Shown here: piece by piece, positions 62,783-64,000 of the stretch
Numbering within the stretch: the first letter of the stretch is position 1
Layout of the letters: the number at the start of each line of letters is the position of its first letter
Source: Candidatus Aminicenantes bacterium
GTDB lineage: Bacteria; Acidobacteriota; Aminicenantia; Aminicenantales; Saccharicenantaceae
Direction: 5' to 3'
DNA length: 64,000 nucleotides
NCBI GenBank assembly: GCA_963784525.1
Contig: CAWART010000020.1
Span: 23,844 to 87,843, forward strand
Notes under the pieces: generated by a model
Databases searched by the model: none
Told to the model about the DNA's origin: nothing
What the model saw: only the letters and a program-made list of their open reading frames with translations
Position numbers and translations under genes: made by a program

Positions 62783-64000
62783 CGAGCGCCTCCCTCCGGC
62801 CCCTCATGGACGCCGCCGGGAACCTCTATCATCTGGAGGCCTATCGCGGACGCGGGGGATACGAATCGGCCCGCAAGGCGCTCGAGAGGACGCCTTCCGA
62901 CGTCCTGTCCGAGGTCCGGAAAGCCGAGCTCCGCGGGCGCGGGGGCGCCGGATTCCCGGCCGGGATCAAATGGGGGTTCGTCAGGCACGACGCCGGACGG
63001 CCGGTCTATCTGTGCGTCAATGCCGACGAGGGAGAGCCGGGGACCTTCAAGGACCGCTGGCTGATGACCCATCATCCCCATCTCCTCATCGAAGGGATCA
63101 TCATCACCGCCCACGCCGTCGGGGCCCACGCGGCCTTCATTTATATCCGAGGGGAATACGAGGGCGCTGCCCGCCGCCTGGAGGAGGCCGTGTCCGAGGC
63201 CCGGGAAGCGGGCTTCCTCGGGGAACGGGTCTTCGGGAAGAGCTTCGGACTCGAGGTCGTGGTGCATAGGGGCGCCGGAGCCTATATCTGCGGCGAGGAA
63301 ACGGCCCTCCTGGAATCGCTCGAGGGCCGGCGTGGCGAGCCGAGGCTCAAGCCTCCTTTCCCCGCGTCCGTCGGCCTGTTCGGGGACCCCACGGTCATCA
63401 ACAATGTGGAAACGCTCTGCAACATTCCGCGGATCATCGGGGGTGGGGGAGAGGCGTTTGCGGCGGCGGGCAGGCCCGGGGACGGCGGGACGCGTCTCTT
63501 CGGGGTCAGCGGGGCGGTCCGTCGTCCGGGGCTTTACGAGCTCCGTGTCGGGACTCCGATCCGGGAGCTCCTCTTCTCCCATGCCGGGGGGCCCCCGGAG
63601 GGGACGACCATCAAGGGGGTCATCCCCGGGGGGCTGTCCTCCCCGATCCTCGGACCCGACGAGTTCGACCTTCCCCTGGAGTGTTCCATCCTCGCCGGGG
63701 CCGGGACCATGATCGGCTCGGGCGCCGTCATCGCCATCGGCGCGAACACGTCCATGCTGGATGTGCTCGGCGTCATGACCCGGTTCTACGACCATGAATC
63801 GTGCGGCCAGTGCACGCCCTGCCGGATCGGGACGTCCTGGATGCACAAGACCGCGGTCCGCCTGGCCGCCGGGGGCGGCGGAGCCGGGGACCTCGACGAG
63901 ATCGTCCGGGTCGCGTCGGCCATCAAGGGAAAGACCTTCTGTCCCCTGGGTGACGCCGCGGCGCTTCCCGTCCTCGCCCTGATCGGAAAGTTCCGGGGCG
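62779..64000 (+). CDS. nuoF: NADH-quinone oxidoreductase subunit F; 3' end runs off the window
   Basis: The GTG at 62779 forms a GTGA overlap with the nuoE stop. My own translation reads GRGGAGFPAGIKWGF, NADEGEPGTFKDR, GAGAYICGEETALLESLEG and ESCGQCTPCR (FMN, NADH and N3 cluster motifs). Confidence 0.92.
   Translation, partial: MTSASLRPLMDAAGNLYHLEAYRGRGGYESARKALERTPSDVLSEVRKAELRGRGGAGFPAGIKWGFVRHDAGRPVYLCVNADEGEPGTFKDRWLMTHHPHLLIEGIIITAHAVGAHAAFIYIRGEYEGAARRLEEAVSEAREAGFLGERVFGKSFGLEVVVHRGAGAYICGEETALLESLEGRRGEPRLKPPFPASVGLFGDPTVINNVETLCNIPRIIGGGGEAFAAAGRPGDGGTRLFGVSGAVRRPGLYELRVGTPIRELLFSHAGGPPEGTTIKGVIPGGLSSPILGPDEFDLPLECSILAGAGTMIGSGAVIAIGANTSMLDVLGVMTRFYDHESCGQCTPCRIGTSWMHKTAVRLAAGGGGAGDLDEIVRVASAIKGKTFCPLGDAAALPVLALIGKFRG

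Noticed and set aside
62455-63846. A 463-aa minus-strand ORF.
   Set aside because: It is antisense to nuoE and nuoF, which are motif-complete on the plus strand.
1-64000. The frame disruptions as programmed ribosomal frameshifting or widespread genuine pseudogenisation.
   Set aside because: The sites lack slippery heptamers or downstream structures that I can see. They hit many unrelated essential genes, favour short homopolymer runs, and include compensating pairs. Technical error is far more likely, though only reads can prove it.
1-64000. A search for mobile elements, prophage, toxin-antitoxin pairs, restriction-modification or other defence islands, and for tRNA, rRNA or riboswitch-like leaders in the intergenic gaps.
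   Set aside because: No transposase, integrase, recombinase or nuclease/ATPase defence signatures were found. There are no terminal inverted repeats and no cloverleaf-like sequences. Intergenic regions are short (mostly under 190 nt) and are explained by promoters and RBSs.

Overview
This is a visibly GC-rich chromosomal segment from a diderm (Gram-negative-type) bacterium, and it consists almost entirely of core housekeeping operons. I found no rRNA, tRNA, CRISPR array, transposase, integrase, phage genes or recognisable defence genes.

Gene order, left to right:
- A TCA-cycle cluster: sucD, sucC, a class I fumarase beta subunit, mdh and icd on the minus strand, with acnB divergent.
- An SDR, an M23 peptidase, def-fmt and an OPT transporter.
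- The complete rod complex mreB-mreC-mreD-mrdA-rodA.
- An MFS transporter, a large radical SAM/DUF2344-type fusion, and an acyl-CoA dehydrogenase.
- exbD plus a thioredoxin-fold gene, cstA, a glycosyltransferase, an ACT protein, a GATase1 protein, and a PKD/beta-barrel outer-membrane protein.
- A roughly 16 kb minus-strand block: PASTA protein, rpe, epimerase, bamD, an OMP, an S8 peptidase, recN, a C_GCAxxG_C_C protein, miaB, nusA-infB-DUF503-rbfA-nrnA-truB, two DUF507-like genes and a thioesterase.
- Threonine aldolase, then an Oar-like receptor / OMP / membrane Fe-S oxidoreductase operon, lpdA, and nuoABCDEF (nuoF runs off the window).

Two things stand out.
1. The locus at 55.3-59.6 kb. A radical SAM enzyme with a CX5CX2C cluster motif is preceded by three tandem modules of about 130 aa that I do not recognise. 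It is followed by a separate small Cys-rich SPASM-like ORF. A sulfatase-superfamily protein converges on it and carries an inserted module that resembles the radical SAM repeats. This is the best candidate for an undescribed system.
2. About two dozen apparent single-base indels, mostly in short G/C runs. They split or internally scramble essential genes (infB, truB, rbfA, lpdA, mrdA, nuoD and others). Several come in compensating sets that leave long intact-looking ORFs with scrambled interior segments. I read these as sequence or assembly errors rather than biology. They make many ORF-track entries misleading.

Many of the long ORFs in the track are antisense or out-of-frame shadows typical of GC-rich DNA.
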